This document shows positions 24,796 to 34,247 of a stretch of 64,000 nucleotides of DNA, one piece after another. Source of the stretch: an uncultured beta proteobacterium (GTDB lineage Bacteria; Pseudomonadota; Gammaproteobacteria; Burkholderiales; SG8-39). The number at the start of each line of letters is the position of its first letter. The first letter of the stretch is position 1. Location of the stretch: NCBI GenBank assembly GCA_963716855.1, contig CAVQUV010000010.1:13449-77448 (forward strand), read 5' to 3'. A model generated the notes under the pieces. That model made no database searches. It was not told the origin of the DNA and was given only the letters and a program-made list of their open reading frames with translations. A program made the position numbers and the translations under genes.

Positions 24796-25434
24796 TCAAT
24801 ACTCGACCGGCACCGGGTCGAGCGAGCGCCAGAGGTACCAGGTGGCGACCGACCGCCAAGGCCTCCACTGCTCCGCAAGCTGTTGAATGACAGCGGGTTG
24901 CGCGAGATCGTCGTGGCAGAAGTAGTGACTCGCGACGGCCCGCTGCAGGCCAAGGTCGGCCAGTGGGAGCACGTCGGGACGGAGCAGATTGAAAAGCAGG
25001 AACATCTCCGCAGTCCAGCGACCGATTCCGCGCACCTGAACCAGCTCGGCGATCACCGCCTCGTCGTCCATCTCGGACCAGCGGTGGGCGTGAACGGTGC
25101 CGTCGGTGAAGTGTCGCGCCAGATCGCGGAGGTACTCCGCCTTGCGCCCCGACAGGCCGCAGGCACGCAACCGGGGCAGATCGAGCGCGTGGACGGCCGT
25201 GGGCGCGACCGCCGGCATTGCGGCGACGAGCCGCGCCCATACGCTGTCGGCCGCTTTCACGGAGATCTGTTGGCCCACGATCGAGCGCGCAAGCGTCTGG
25301 AACGGGTCGCCGCGACTGCGCAACCCGATGCGCGGATGCGCCCGGATGATCCCGGCCATCACCGGATCGCGCCGCGCCAGCGCGCGCTTGGCGCGCAGCC
25401 AGTACTCGGGCACGACACGCACCTCACCGATCAT
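24796..25434 (-). CDS. DNA-3-methyladenine glycosylase II (AlkA/HhH-GPD family)
   Basis: IVGQQISVKAA, VRGIGRWTAEM, PLADLGL, PWRSVATWYLW. Confidence 0.92.
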   Translation of the reverse strand: MIGEVRVVPEYWLRAKRALARRDPVMAGIIRAHPRIGLRSRGDPFQTLARSIVGQQISVKAADSVWARLVAAMPAVAPTAVHALDLPRLRACGLSGRKAEYLRDLARHFTDGTVHAHRWSEMDDEAVIAELVQVRGIGRWTAEMFLLFNLLRPDVLPLADLGLQRAVASHYFCHDDLAQPAVIQQLAEQWRPWRSVATWYLWRSLDPVPVEY

Positions 25435-25440
25435 CGGCCG

Positions 25441-26454
25441 TCACGAGCGCGCCGCGGTCGGAAGGTTCAGCAGCAGGTTCTGCGGCTTCATCCGCACGAC
25501 GTTCTCGTCATCCATCGCGAGCGCAAGGTAGACCGGGCGGCCCGCGATGTCCCGGCGCATCGCGGCCGGCTCCGCGAACTCGAGCCGGAACAGCGCGAGC
25601 AGCCGCTGCAGTCGGCCCGCCTCGACCTCCTCGCCGCGCCACAAGTCGTTCAGCACCGCCGTCGACTGGGCGTCGAGCCCGATGTGCCAGGCCCAGCGCT
25701 GGTCCTCGATCTGCCGCACCGGCGTGACCTTCACCTCGAGGCCGAAGAAGTGCGCGACCCAGCGCTCGATGACCCGCGTGAAAGCCGCGAGCGCCGCGCG
25801 GCCATGGTTGACGCTGATCACGAAGTCGTGGCGCTGATCGCGCAGCCAGTACAGGTGTGCGTTCTCCCGATCCAGGACTTCGAGGTTCACCGCTCGCATC
25901 GGCGTCTGCGCCTCGACGATCAGCCGGCCGAGGCTGCCGTACGTGCCGCCGGACGCGTGCAGCCCCACCATCTCCCGATCCGCCAGCATGATCTGCCCGT
26001 CGTCCACGCTCGCCTGCTGCTCGCGGTAGAAGAGCTCGCCCGCACGCGCCTCGAGCGGGTCCGACACCCCTTCGAGCACGTTGCGCAGGAGGATCTGGGC
26101 GAGCTGGTCGATGAAGAGCGGCGGCGTTCTGACTTCACCCGCGAAGATGCCGAGGTAGCAGGCCTCGACCGATTCGGCCTCGAGCAGCCGCGCGCGGAAA
26201 TCGAGCAGCACCCGATAGTTGAAGCGCGTGTCCTCGTCCTCGATCGCGGCCAGGTCGGCCGGGCTCACCGCGCGGCGCGGCTCCGCGAGGAGCCGCTCGT
26301 GCAGTGCGACCTCGCCGGGCCCAGACTCCTCCACCGCCCGGACCTCGGGTCGCAGCAGGTAAGCGCGCAGGAAGTCGTCGGTGACGCGCAGCCGCCCGGA
26401 AGCGTCGCGCTCGAGCAGGTGAAACCCGGAGTTGCGCCAGAAGTCCTGGGCCAT
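25441..26454 (-). CDS. Conserved hypothetical protein, probably DUF6352 family
   Basis: Clean 337-aa ORF with host-like codon use; DFW..SGFHLL and MKPQNLLLNLP termini recalled from DUF6352 (not searched). Confidence 0.7.
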   Translation of the reverse strand: MAQDFWRNSGFHLLERDASGRLRVTDDFLRAYLLRPEVRAVEESGPGEVALHERLLAEPRRAVSPADLAAIEDEDTRFNYRVLLDFRARLLEAESVEACYLGIFAGEVRTPPLFIDQLAQILLRNVLEGVSDPLEARAGELFYREQQASVDDGQIMLADREMVGLHASGGTYGSLGRLIVEAQTPMRAVNLEVLDRENAHLYWLRDQRHDFVISVNHGRAALAAFTRVIERWVAHFFGLEVKVTPVRQIEDQRWAWHIGLDAQSTAVLNDLWRGEEVEAGRLQRLLALFRLEFAEPAAMRRDIAGRPVYLALAMDDENVVRMKPQNLLLNLPTAARS

Positions 26455-26479
26455 GACGCCGCGCGCGGCGCGCGCCGCG

Positions 26480-27067
26480 CTACGCGTCGGCGTGCACGAG
26501 GTCGAACACGCGGCTGTGGGAGGCCACGTGCTGGAGCAGGAACTCCATCTGGTCGGACAGGATGCGGCGGTTGGTGAGGATCAGGTACTCGGCCTTGTTC
26601 GGCACGTAAGGCACGTAGAAGAGCTCGATGCCCGCCTCGTTCGGCGTGCGGTTGCGCTTCACGCCGTTGCAGTGCCGGCAAGCGGTGACCACGTTCGTCC
26701 AAGTGTCGCGCCCGCCGCGCGAGAGCGGCAGGATGTGGTCGCGCGTGAGGCGCAGGAAGCTGAATTCCCCGCCGCAGTACGCGCAGAGGTGACGGTCGCG
26801 GCGGAAGAGCTCGCGGTTGTTCAGCGGCGGAACCTGCGCGAACCCCTTCATCGCCATCGCCTTGCCCTTCACCGCGATGATCGAGTGGCCGGTGATGCTC
26901 GAGCGCTCGCCGGTCGCGCGGCAGATCCCGCCGTAGGCGGTGAACGCCGTCTGGCCGAGGGTCCAGGCCACCAGGTTCTTCGCATAGTAGAAGCAGGCCT
27001 GCTGCCAGCTGACCCAGCGATGCGGGACCCCGTGCGAGTCGAGCGTCAGGATCAGCGGGGCGTCCAT
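26480..27067 (-). CDS. HNH endonuclease (McrA/HNH_5-like)
   Basis: RD..CAYCG..TRDHILPLSRGG..W.NVVTACRHCN. Confidence 0.9.
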   Translation of the reverse strand: MDAPLILTLDSHGVPHRWVSWQQACFYYAKNLVAWTLGQTAFTAYGGICRATGERSSITGHSIIAVKGKAMAMKGFAQVPPLNNRELFRRDRHLCAYCGGEFSFLRLTRDHILPLSRGGRDTWTNVVTACRHCNGVKRNRTPNEAGIELFYVPYVPNKAEYLILTNRRILSDQMEFLLQHVASHSRVFDLVHADA

Positions 27068-27161
27068 GATGGCGGCATGCAGGTTCCGGATCGCGAATGC
27101 AGCCGATTGTGCCCTAAAAACAAGCAACCCCGCTAGGGTTGCTCCCGCCCCCGCGGGTCCG

Positions 27162-28019
27162 TCAGTAAAGCGCGCCGGCCAGCTTCCGGCGGTACTCGCC
27201 GACCAGGTCGGGCTGGTCGGCCGCGACACCGAAAAGCGCGACCACGGTCTTGCGCGCGCGCTCCCGCCACTCGCCGCGGTCACGGCGCACGACCTCGATC
27301 AGCTCGTCGAGCGCGGCCCGAAACCGGCCTTCCGCCGCGAGGCGGTCCGCGTAGCCGAGGCGCACGTCGAGATCCTGCGGACGCGCGTCGAGGACGGCCT
27401 TGAGCGTGGCGACGTCGGGCAGGCTGCTGCCCGCGCCTACACAGCGCGACCTTCGTCGCGATCGCGGCCGCACGCTCGTCGCGCTGCTCTTCCGGTACCA
27501 CGCAAGCGCGCCTCGGCGCCGGCATAGTCGTTCCGCGCGACGAGCAGCGCGGCCAGATCGACGCGCGCAGTCGGCGTTTTCTGCGTCGAGCGACAGCGCC
27601 TCCCGCAGCAGCGCTTCCGCGGTGGATGGATCACCGCGCGCCGCTGCGGCCGCAGCCTCGCGGCGGAGGTTCTCGCTGCGCCGAAGGAACGAGCCGCTCG
27701 ATGAACCCGCGCACGCCCGATTCCGGCAGTGCGCCGGTGAATTCGTCCACGAGTTCGCCGTCGACGAAGCCCTTGACGTTCGGGATTCCGCGCACGCCGT
27801 AGCGCGTCGCGATCTCGGGACTCGCGTCGGTGTCCAGCTTGGCGAGCAGGAACCGGCCGTCGTATTCGACCGCGAGCTTCTCCAGGATCGGCTTGAGCGC
27901 GCGGCAGGGTGCACACCAGGAGCGCCCAGAAATCGACCAGGACAGGTACGGTCTTCGACCGTTCGAGGACGTCCTGCTCGAAGGAGGCGGTCGTCGTATC
28001 GAAGGAGTGCGTCGGACAT
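27162..28019 (-). pseudogene. cnoX: Thioredoxin-TPR co-chaperone CnoX/YbbN, multiply frameshifted (probably sequence error)
   Basis: Fragments across three frames: VLVDFWA / WCAPCRAL..GIPNVKGF..GALPE / EYRRKLAGALY. Confidence 0.85.
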
Positions 28020-28169
28020 GTTCGGGGATCCTCGGGTCTCGGGACGATATCAGGGCGAAAACTCGGCGATTCAACGCATGCCCCGTGCACCGCGGCGCGG
28101 TTGATCTCGGTCAAGCGCCGGGCCGCCAGCGCGACTAACGTGGAGACAAGGGAACGACCGGAGACTGCC

Positions 28170-28557
28170 ATGCTCGACACCGCCACCCTCGCCCGTTTCG
28201 GCGCCAGCGCTCGAGCGCCGCCGTACCGAGCTCGAGCAGGACATCCGGGCCAAGCTCGCCGCGGCACGCGATGTCACGGGAAGCGCAATGATTGACCAGG
28301 TGATCGAAGGCGGCGACTACGCCAACGCCGACCTGATCGCCGCTCTGGATATCGCAGAAGTGCAGCGCGACGTGGTCGAACTGCGCGAGCTCAATTCGGC
28401 GCGTGCGCGGATCGACGCCGCGACGTATGGCGCCTGCGTGGACTGCGGAGCCGACATCCCACTTGGGCGCCTGGAAGCGTATCCGGCCGCGATCCGGTGC
28501 ACCGCTTGCCAGGCGCGGGCGGAAACTCGGGCCGGCACGACTCACGCGCGGCTGTAG
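28170..28557 (+). CDS. TraR/DksA C4 zinc-finger protein, one +1 frameshift near 28206
   Basis: YGACVDCG..RLEAYP..RCTACQ; coiled-coil N-terminus restored by removing one base; GGAG SD. Confidence 0.85.
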
Positions 28558-28570
28558 CCGAGACATTCTT

Positions 28571-28602
28571 AGAAAAGAAAAGCCCCCGGCATCGCCGGGG
28601 GC
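28571..28602 (-). terminator. Intrinsic terminator
   Basis: GCCCCCGGC-GAT-GCCGGGGGC followed by TTTTCTTTT on minus strand. Confidence 0.85.
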
Positions 28603-28646
28603 AAAAAACTTTCACCCCAAAGGAGGAGGAAAAAGGCGAAAGCTAG
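28571..28646 (-). ncRNA. Candidate ~75-nt sRNA with anti-SD loop
   Basis: 12-bp stem with loop UUUCCUCCUCCUUU, then terminator; lies downstream of a sigma54 motif. Confidence 0.7.
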
Positions 28647-28655
28647 TCCTTGAAG

Positions 28656-28671
28656 AGCAGAAGGCGTGCCA
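28656..28671 (-). promoter_or_regulatory. sigma54 (-24/-12) promoter
   Basis: TGGCACGCCTTCTGCT with exact GG-N10-GC spacing. Confidence 0.7.
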
Positions 28672-28779
28672 GCTTTTGCGGGGCCTCGGTGCGTGACTTT
28701 TTTGGCACCGCCGGCCGCCCCCGCGTGAAACTGTGCACGCACACGACGCCGCGCCGTCGGCGACGGTGTCGTCAGTCGG

Positions 28780-29493
28780 TCAGAGCCCGAGGTAGGCCTG
28801 ACGCACCCGGTCGTCGGCGAGCAGCTCGGCCCCGCTCCCCTGCATCGCGATCCGCCCGTTTTCCAGCACGTAAGCCGTCTGCGCGAGCCGCAGCGACACT
28901 GCGACGTTCTGCTCCACCAGGATGATCGTCAAACCCCGCTGGTGGAGCGCCTTGATGGTGTGAAAAACTTCCTGAACGACCGTGGGCGCGAGCCCCAGCG
29001 AGGGCTCGTCGAACATGATCAGCTCCGGCTGGCCCATCAGGCAGCGCCCGATCGCGAGCATCTGCTGCTCGCCGCCCGACAGGGTCCCGGCGGCCTGGGC
29101 CTCGCGTTCCCGCAGGCGCGGGAAGAGTCCGAACACCTCCTCGAGCGTCGCTTTCATCCGCGCGCGCGCGCGCGCGAGCATGGCGCCCATCTCGAGGTTC
29201 TCCCGCACCGTGAGGGTGGGAAAGACCTGCCGTCCTTCCGCGACCTGCCCGACGCCGAGCTCGCACACCGCGTGGCTCGGCAGCCCGCCGATCTCGTGGC
29301 CGCGGTAGCGTACGGTCCCGCGCCGTGGCGTCTCGATCCCGGCGATCGTCCGGATCAGGCTCGACTTGCCCGCGCCGTTCGAGCCGACGATCGCGACGAT
29401 CGCGCCCTGGTCCGCCTCGATCGACACCCCGTCGAGCGCCTGGGCGTCGCCGTAGAAGAGGTCGAGGTCGTGAACTTCGAGGACGGCCGTCAC
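28780..29493 (-). CDS. Liv-type ABC transporter ATPase (LivF-like)
   Basis: [24 protein letters not shown]; GTG start. Confidence 0.92.
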   Translation of the reverse strand: MTAVLEVHDLDLFYGDAQALDGVSIEADQGAIVAIVGSNGAGKSSLIRTIAGIETPRRGTVRYRGHEIGGLPSHAVCELGVGQVAEGRQVFPTLTVRENLEMGAMLARARARMKATLEEVFGLFPRLREREAQAAGTLSGGEQQMLAIGRCLMGQPELIMFDEPSLGLAPTVVQEVFHTIKALHQRGLTIILVEQNVAVSLRLAQTAYVLENGRIAMQGSGAELLADDRVRQAYLGL

Positions 29494-30213
29494 AACGCTT
29501 CTTCGCCCAGATAACATTCGAGCACCGCCGGATCGCGCACCACCTCCTCCGGCGCGCCCTCGCAGATCTTCTCGCCGTGATGGAGCACCACCACGCGCGC
29601 GGCGAGCGCCATCACCGCGCGCATGACGTGCTCGATCAGCAGGATCGTGAGGCCGGTCTCGCGGTTGATGCGGCGGAAGACGCTCGACCATCTCGTCGAC
29701 CTCGGTCGGCCGCAGGCCCGCCATCACCTCGTCGAGCAGCAGCAGCCGCGGCCGCGTCGCCATCGCGCGCGCCACCTCGAGGCGCTTGCGCTCCGGAAGA
29801 GTGAGGCTCGCCGCGAGCGCACCGCCCTTGTCCTGCAAGTGCAGCAGCTCGAGCACACGGCGCGCCTCGCGCCGCGCGTCGACCACGCGTGCCGACGCGT
29901 TGAGCGCGCCGACCACGACGTTGTCGAGCACGGTCATCTGCGGGAACGGCTTCACGACCTGGAAGGTCCGGCCGATTCCGGCGCGGCAGACCTGGTGCGG
30001 AAGGAGGCCGGTGACCGCGCGTCCGGCGAGCGACACCGTACCGGCGTCGGGCGCGAACACCCCGGCGATGACATTGAAGCAGGTGGTCTTGCCCGCGCCG
30101 TTGGGTCCGATCATCGCCGCGATGGCGCCCTCCGCGACATCGAAGGAGACACCCTGCACCGCGCGCAGGCCGCGGAATGCCTTGCTGACACCGCGCACCT
30201 CGAGGAGGGCCAT
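29490..30213 (-). CDS. Liv-type ABC transporter ATPase (LivG-like), one +1 frameshift near 29682
   Basis: [17 protein letters not shown]; the LIEHVM..YLG tail is in another frame; span 724 = 3n+1. Confidence 0.88.
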
Positions 30214-30215
30214 CG

Positions 30216-31196
30216 TCACCGCCGCGCCAGACCGAGCCGCCGCGCGATCGTCGGCCAGATCCCGTGGGGGAGGAACATCACCACCACCAGCAGGCACAGG
30301 CCGTAGAACACCTGCTTCACGCCCGGGATCTCCAGGCCGGCGAGCGCCATCAGCTCGGTGATCCCGTCGGCCAGGATGGTGAGCACCGCCGCGCCGAGGA
30401 TCGGCCCGAAGAGCGTGCCGAGGCCGCCGATGATCGGACCGAGGATGATCTCGATCGAGCGGCTGATGTGGAAGATCTGCTCGGGGAAGAGGTTGTTGTA
30501 GTAGAACGCGAAGAACACGCCGGAGAGCGCGGTCATCGCGGCGCTGATCACCACCGCGAGCATCTTCCAGCGGAAGGTGTTGATCCCGAGCGCCTGCGCG
30601 GCCTCCTCGTTCTCGCGGATCGCCTGCCAGTAGTAGCCGGCGCGACTGCGCAAGAGCCAGGCGCAGAGGGCGAAGGCCGCGGCCGTGAGCGCCAGCATGA
30701 CGTAATAGAACATGCGCGGCGTGCCGCGGAGATCGAGGAGATCCCACGCCTCGCGCTGCTCGACCTTGATGAACAGCCCGCCCGGCCCGCCGAGCCACTG
30801 GATGTGGTCGAAGCCGATGCGGGTGAACTCGGCAAACGCGATCGTGAGGAGCGCGAAGTACACTCCCGAGATGCCGAACCGGAACGCGAGGAACCCGATC
30901 ACCGCACCGGCCGCCACGCATACGGCGATCGCGAGCCAGATGCCCGCCCACGGCCCGATGCCGAAGTGAAAGAAGAGCCCCGCCGCCGCATAGGCCCCCA
31001 GACCTACGTACAGCGAGTGCCCGAGCGAGAGCTGTCCGGCGAAGCCCATCATCACGTTCCACGCCTGGCCGGTGAAAGCGAAGAAGAGGATCAGCGTCGC
31101 GACCGACAGGACGTAACTGCCCGCCACCCACGGCAGCGCGACCAGCACGGCGCCGAGCAGTGCGAGCAGGATCGCCGCGCGACGCTCCGGGCTCAC
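30216..31196 (-). CDS. Liv-type ABC permease (LivM-like)
   Basis: GFAGQLSLGH, AIRENEEAAQALGI, IIGGLGT. Confidence 0.92.
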   Translation of the reverse strand: MSPERRAAILLALLGAVLVALPWVAGSYVLSVATLILFFAFTGQAWNVMMGFAGQLSLGHSLYVGLGAYAAAGLFFHFGIGPWAGIWLAIAVCVAAGAVIGFLAFRFGISGVYFALLTIAFAEFTRIGFDHIQWLGGPGGLFIKVEQREAWDLLDLRGTPRMFYYVMLALTAAAFALCAWLLRSRAGYYWQAIRENEEAAQALGINTFRWKMLAVVISAAMTALSGVFFAFYYNNLFPEQIFHISRSIEIILGPIIGGLGTLFGPILGAAVLTILADGITELMALAGLEIPGVKQVFYGLCLLVVVMFLPHGIWPTIARRLGLARR

Positions 31197-31329
31197 GTTC
31201 GCTTGCCCAACAGCCCCTGCGGCCGGCGCAAACGGCCGGCCGCGCTGCTTCGCACCCGCGCGCGGCCTGACAAATCGTCGCTCCCTCGATCGCGCCTCAT
31301 GTCCGTTTACCCAACAGCCCTTGCGGACG
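31193..31329 (-). repeat. Duplicated 33-nt 3' end of the livH-like gene flanking a 71-nt spacer
   Basis: 31297-31329 and 31193-31225 both encode RPQGLLGKRT*; six differences, all synonymous. Confidence 0.9.
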
Positions 31330-32166
31330 GAAGAGGAGCACGAGGATCAGCAACGCGAAGCTGAACATGCTCTTCGCCGACGGCACGATGAGCAACCCCG
31401 CCAGCGCCTCGGAGACGCCGATCAGCACGCCGCCGAGGAGCGCGCCCGGCATCGAACCGAGCCCGCCGACGATCACGATGACGAACGCGAGCAGCGTGTA
31501 CGCCGGTCCGAGCACCGGGGTGACGTCGACGAGCAGGATCATCATGCAGCCCGCGACCGCAACGCAGGCCGATCCGACGCCGAAGGTGAGCGCGTAGAGC
31601 CGTTTCACGTTCAGCCCGACCACCTGGGCGCCCAGGTGGTTGTCGGCGCAGGCGCGGATCGCCTTCCCGACCAGGGTCAGCCGGAAGAAGGCGAACAGGG
31701 CTGCGCTGGTCGCGACCGCCATGCCCGCGGCGAGCAGGCGCGCCTTGTCGACGAGGATCGGGCCGATCGCGTAGGACTCGAGCTGGTAGTCCACCTGCAC
31801 GCTCCGCGCGTCCGGCCCGAAGATCATCAGAAGCGCGTTGACCATGATCAGGGCGACCGCCACGAGGAGCATGAACTGCGAGTGCTCCGGCCGGGTGATG
31901 AACGGGTTGATCAAAGAGGACTGCAGCGCGTAGCCGAAGGCGAAGAACGCCGCCGCCACCGGCACCACCGCGAGCAGCGGATCGAGCCCAAGCGTGCCGA
32001 ACAAGAGGACCGCCGCGTACATCGCGATCGTCATCATTTCGCCGTGCGCGAAGTTCACGACCCGCACGACACCGAAGATCACCGACAGCCCGAGCGCCAT
32101 CAGTCCGTAGACGAGGCCGGTGAGCAGCCCCGCGATCACGACGTTGACGATCAGGTCAGGCGTCAT
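31297..32166 (-). CDS. Liv-type ABC permease (LivH-like)
   Basis: GLSVIFGV..VNFAHGE, GGLGSMPG, RPQGLLG. Confidence 0.93.
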   Translation of the reverse strand: MTPDLIVNVVIAGLLTGLVYGLMALGLSVIFGVVRVVNFAHGEMMTIAMYAAVLLFGTLGLDPLLAVVPVAAAFFAFGYALQSSLINPFITRPEHSQFMLLVAVALIMVNALLMIFGPDARSVQVDYQLESYAIGPILVDKARLLAAGMAVATSAALFAFFRLTLVGKAIRACADNHLGAQVVGLNVKRLYALTFGVGSACVAVAGCMMILLVDVTPVLGPAYTLLAFVIVIVGGLGSMPGALLGGVLIGVSEALAGLLIVPSAKSMFSFALLILVLLFRPQGLLGKRT

Positions 32167-32171
32167 GGCGG

Positions 32172-32198
32172 AAAAAAAGGCCGGCTCGAGCCGGCCTT
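32172..32198 (-). terminator. Intrinsic terminator or stabilising hairpin between binding-protein gene and permease
   Basis: AAGGCCGGC-TCGA-GCCGGCCTT followed by a T-run on minus strand. Confidence 0.75.
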
Positions 32199-32214
32199 CC
32201 TCCGGTTGGTCGGC

Positions 32215-33465
32215 CTATGCCGCGTAGCCCGGTACGGGGAACACCGGCTTCGCCGTGGCGGCGGAGGTCGGCAGGACCACCGTCGGCGTGAGGTTCAGGT
32301 TCTGAACGCACGCGGAGCCGATCCCTTCGACCTGCCCCTTCGCGTTGAACTTGATCGGCGCGCCGAGCGTCATCTTGCTCTTGATGTCGGTCTGCCGGAT
32401 GGCCTCGGCGAGGACCTTCGGGTCGGTCGACTTGGCGCGCTTGTACGCATCGGCGGCGATGAGCACCGCCTCGAAGGTGAACCCCACGTTCAGGCCGTGG
32501 AAGACGAGCTTGTCCTTCGGGTTCTGCTTCAGGAACGCCTTTTCGACGACCTTGGTGAGCGGCGCGGTGGGGTCGTACCACGGCACGTTTGAGATGCAGT
32601 GCTCGGAGAGCTTGCCCAGCGTCTTGAAGAACTGCTCCTCGTACATGCCCGGCGATCCGGGACTGATCACGCCCATCGGGTTCCAGCGCTGCTTCACCAT
32701 CTCGCGGCGCAGGATGATCGAGTCCTGCAGCCGGCACACGAGCAGAAGGAAATCGGCCTTTGACGCCTTCGCCTTCGACACCTCGACCGTGAGGTCCTTG
32801 GCGGCCGGATCGTAGGAGATCGTGTCGACGATCTTGAACGGCAGCTGCGTCTGGCGCGGCAGGATGGCGCCGATGCCCTTGGTCATCGCCTGACCGAAGG
32901 TGTCGTTGACGTGCATGTACACGGCGGTGCGCGGCACCGTGTTGGTCGACTGGAACAGGTCGCCGATCAGGACCAGCCCGTTGCGCACGATGTCGATCGC
33001 CGTCTGGAAGTTGCGGAACACGTACCTGTAGCCCTGCTCGGTGATCTGCGGCGCGGCGGCGATGTTGATGACGAACGGTACCCCGCGCTGCTCGGCCACC
33101 TGCGCGATCGCGGCGGCCGCACCGGAGTCGAACGGCCCGACCAGCACGTTCGCACCTTCCTGGATGAGGCGTTCGGCGCGCGTGCGCGCGACGTCGATGT
33201 TGGTCTCGGTGTCGGCGTTCATGAGCTCCACGTCGACGCCGAGCATCTCCTTGATCACGCCCGGGGCGAGGTCCGCGCCCTTCTGGCACGACTGCCCGAT
33301 GAAGCCCTGGAAGCCCGACCGCGGGAGCAGCACCCCGACCTTGAGCCGCGTCGCCTGCGCGCGAACGATGGCCGGAAAGCCGAGCGTCGAGAGCGCAGCC
33401 GCGGCGCCGGCGGCTTGCACGACGCGGCGCCGAATCGGCGAGCGCGGGTTCGATCCGTTATTCAT
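32215..33465 (-). CDS. Liv-type ABC substrate-binding protein with Tat-like signal
   Basis: IRRRVVQ..FPAIVRAQ signal, LKVGVLLPRSG, periplasmic type-1 fold features. Confidence 0.9.
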   Translation of the reverse strand: MNNGSNPRSPIRRRVVQAAGAAAALSTLGFPAIVRAQATRLKVGVLLPRSGFQGFIGQSCQKGADLAPGVIKEMLGVDVELMNADTETNIDVARTRAERLIQEGANVLVGPFDSGAAAAIAQVAEQRGVPFVINIAAAPQITEQGYRYVFRNFQTAIDIVRNGLVLIGDLFQSTNTVPRTAVYMHVNDTFGQAMTKGIGAILPRQTQLPFKIVDTISYDPAAKDLTVEVSKAKASKADFLLLVCRLQDSIILRREMVKQRWNPMGVISPGSPGMYEEQFFKTLGKLSEHCISNVPWYDPTAPLTKVVEKAFLKQNPKDKLVFHGLNVGFTFEAVLIAADAYKRAKSTDPKVLAEAIRQTDIKSKMTLGAPIKFNAKGQVEGIGSACVQNLNLTPTVVLPTSAATAKPVFPVPGYAA

Positions 33466-33604
33466 GTTCCTCCTCCCTGAAAGCCGTCATTTCCTGCCCC
33501 ACGGGCAGACCGGGCGGAATTGTTAGCCGCGGGCGGGTTTTCCGCAAGCCCGACCGCGCTGCGCCGATGCGCCCTCGACGCTGCGCTCTGCCTATAATCA
33601 TGCG

Positions 33605-34201
33605 ATGGACTGGTTGCACGAGATCGCGCTCGCCGCGGGGCTCGCGTGGGCGAGCGGGATCCGCCTCTACGCCGCGCTGCTCATCGCGGGCGCGCTCGCG
33701 CATTTCGGCTGGCTCGAGCTGCCGCCGGCGCTCGAGGTGCTGAAGCACCCGCTCGTCATCGGCGCAGCGGGGGTGATGGCGCTTGGCGAGTTCCTGGCGG
33801 ACAAGGTGCCCGCGTTCGACAGCGCGTGGGACGCGGTTCACACCTTCATCCGCGTGCCCGCCGGGGCGTTCCTCGCGGCCGCCGCACTCGGGCAAGCCGA
33901 TCCGGTGTGGATCGCGGTCGCGGCGATCCTGGGCGGCGCGATCGCCTCCGGCACGCACCTGACGAAAGCCGGCGCGCGCGCGCTGATCAATGCATCGCCC
34001 GAGCCGTTCTCGAACTGGACCGCGTCGGTGGGGGAGGACCTGCTGGTGCCGGCCGGACTGTTCGCCGCGATCAAGCTGCCCGTGCTGTTTCTCGGGGCGC
34101 TCGCGGTGTTCCTGGTCGGGGCCGTCTGGCTGCTGCCGAAGCTCTTCCGCGCGGCCGCGCGGACCTTCCGACGCGCCGGCGGGGAGCCGATGACGCGGTA
34201 G
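33605..34201 (+). CDS. DUF4126 membrane protein
   Basis: WASGIRLYA, EFLADKVP..DSAWD, SPEPFSNW..S..ED. Confidence 0.85.
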   Translation: MDWLHEIALAAGLAWASGIRLYAALLIAGALAHFGWLELPPALEVLKHPLVIGAAGVMALGEFLADKVPAFDSAWDAVHTFIRVPAGAFLAAAALGQADPVWIAVAAILGGAIASGTHLTKAGARALINASPEPFSNWTASVGEDLLVPAGLFAAIKLPVLFLGALAVFLVGAVWLLPKLFRAAARTFRRAGGEPMTR

Positions 34202-34247
34202 AAATCCCCTGCTGTGCCGCCCCGGATGAAAGCGGGGCTTAGGGCGA

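Noticed and set aside
26480-27067. HNH protein as IscB/Cas9-like or intron-encoded nuclease
   Set aside because: Only 195 aa, no RuvC or PLMP motif, and under 100 nt of upstream intergenic space for a guide RNA
28702-28720. Second sigma54 motif (TGGCAC) on the + strand
   Set aside because: No GC at the required GG-N10-GC position
28780-31131. 783-aa ORF suggesting a fused double ABC ATPase
   Set aside because: Explained by the livG frameshift; the corrected livG stop overlaps the livF GTG
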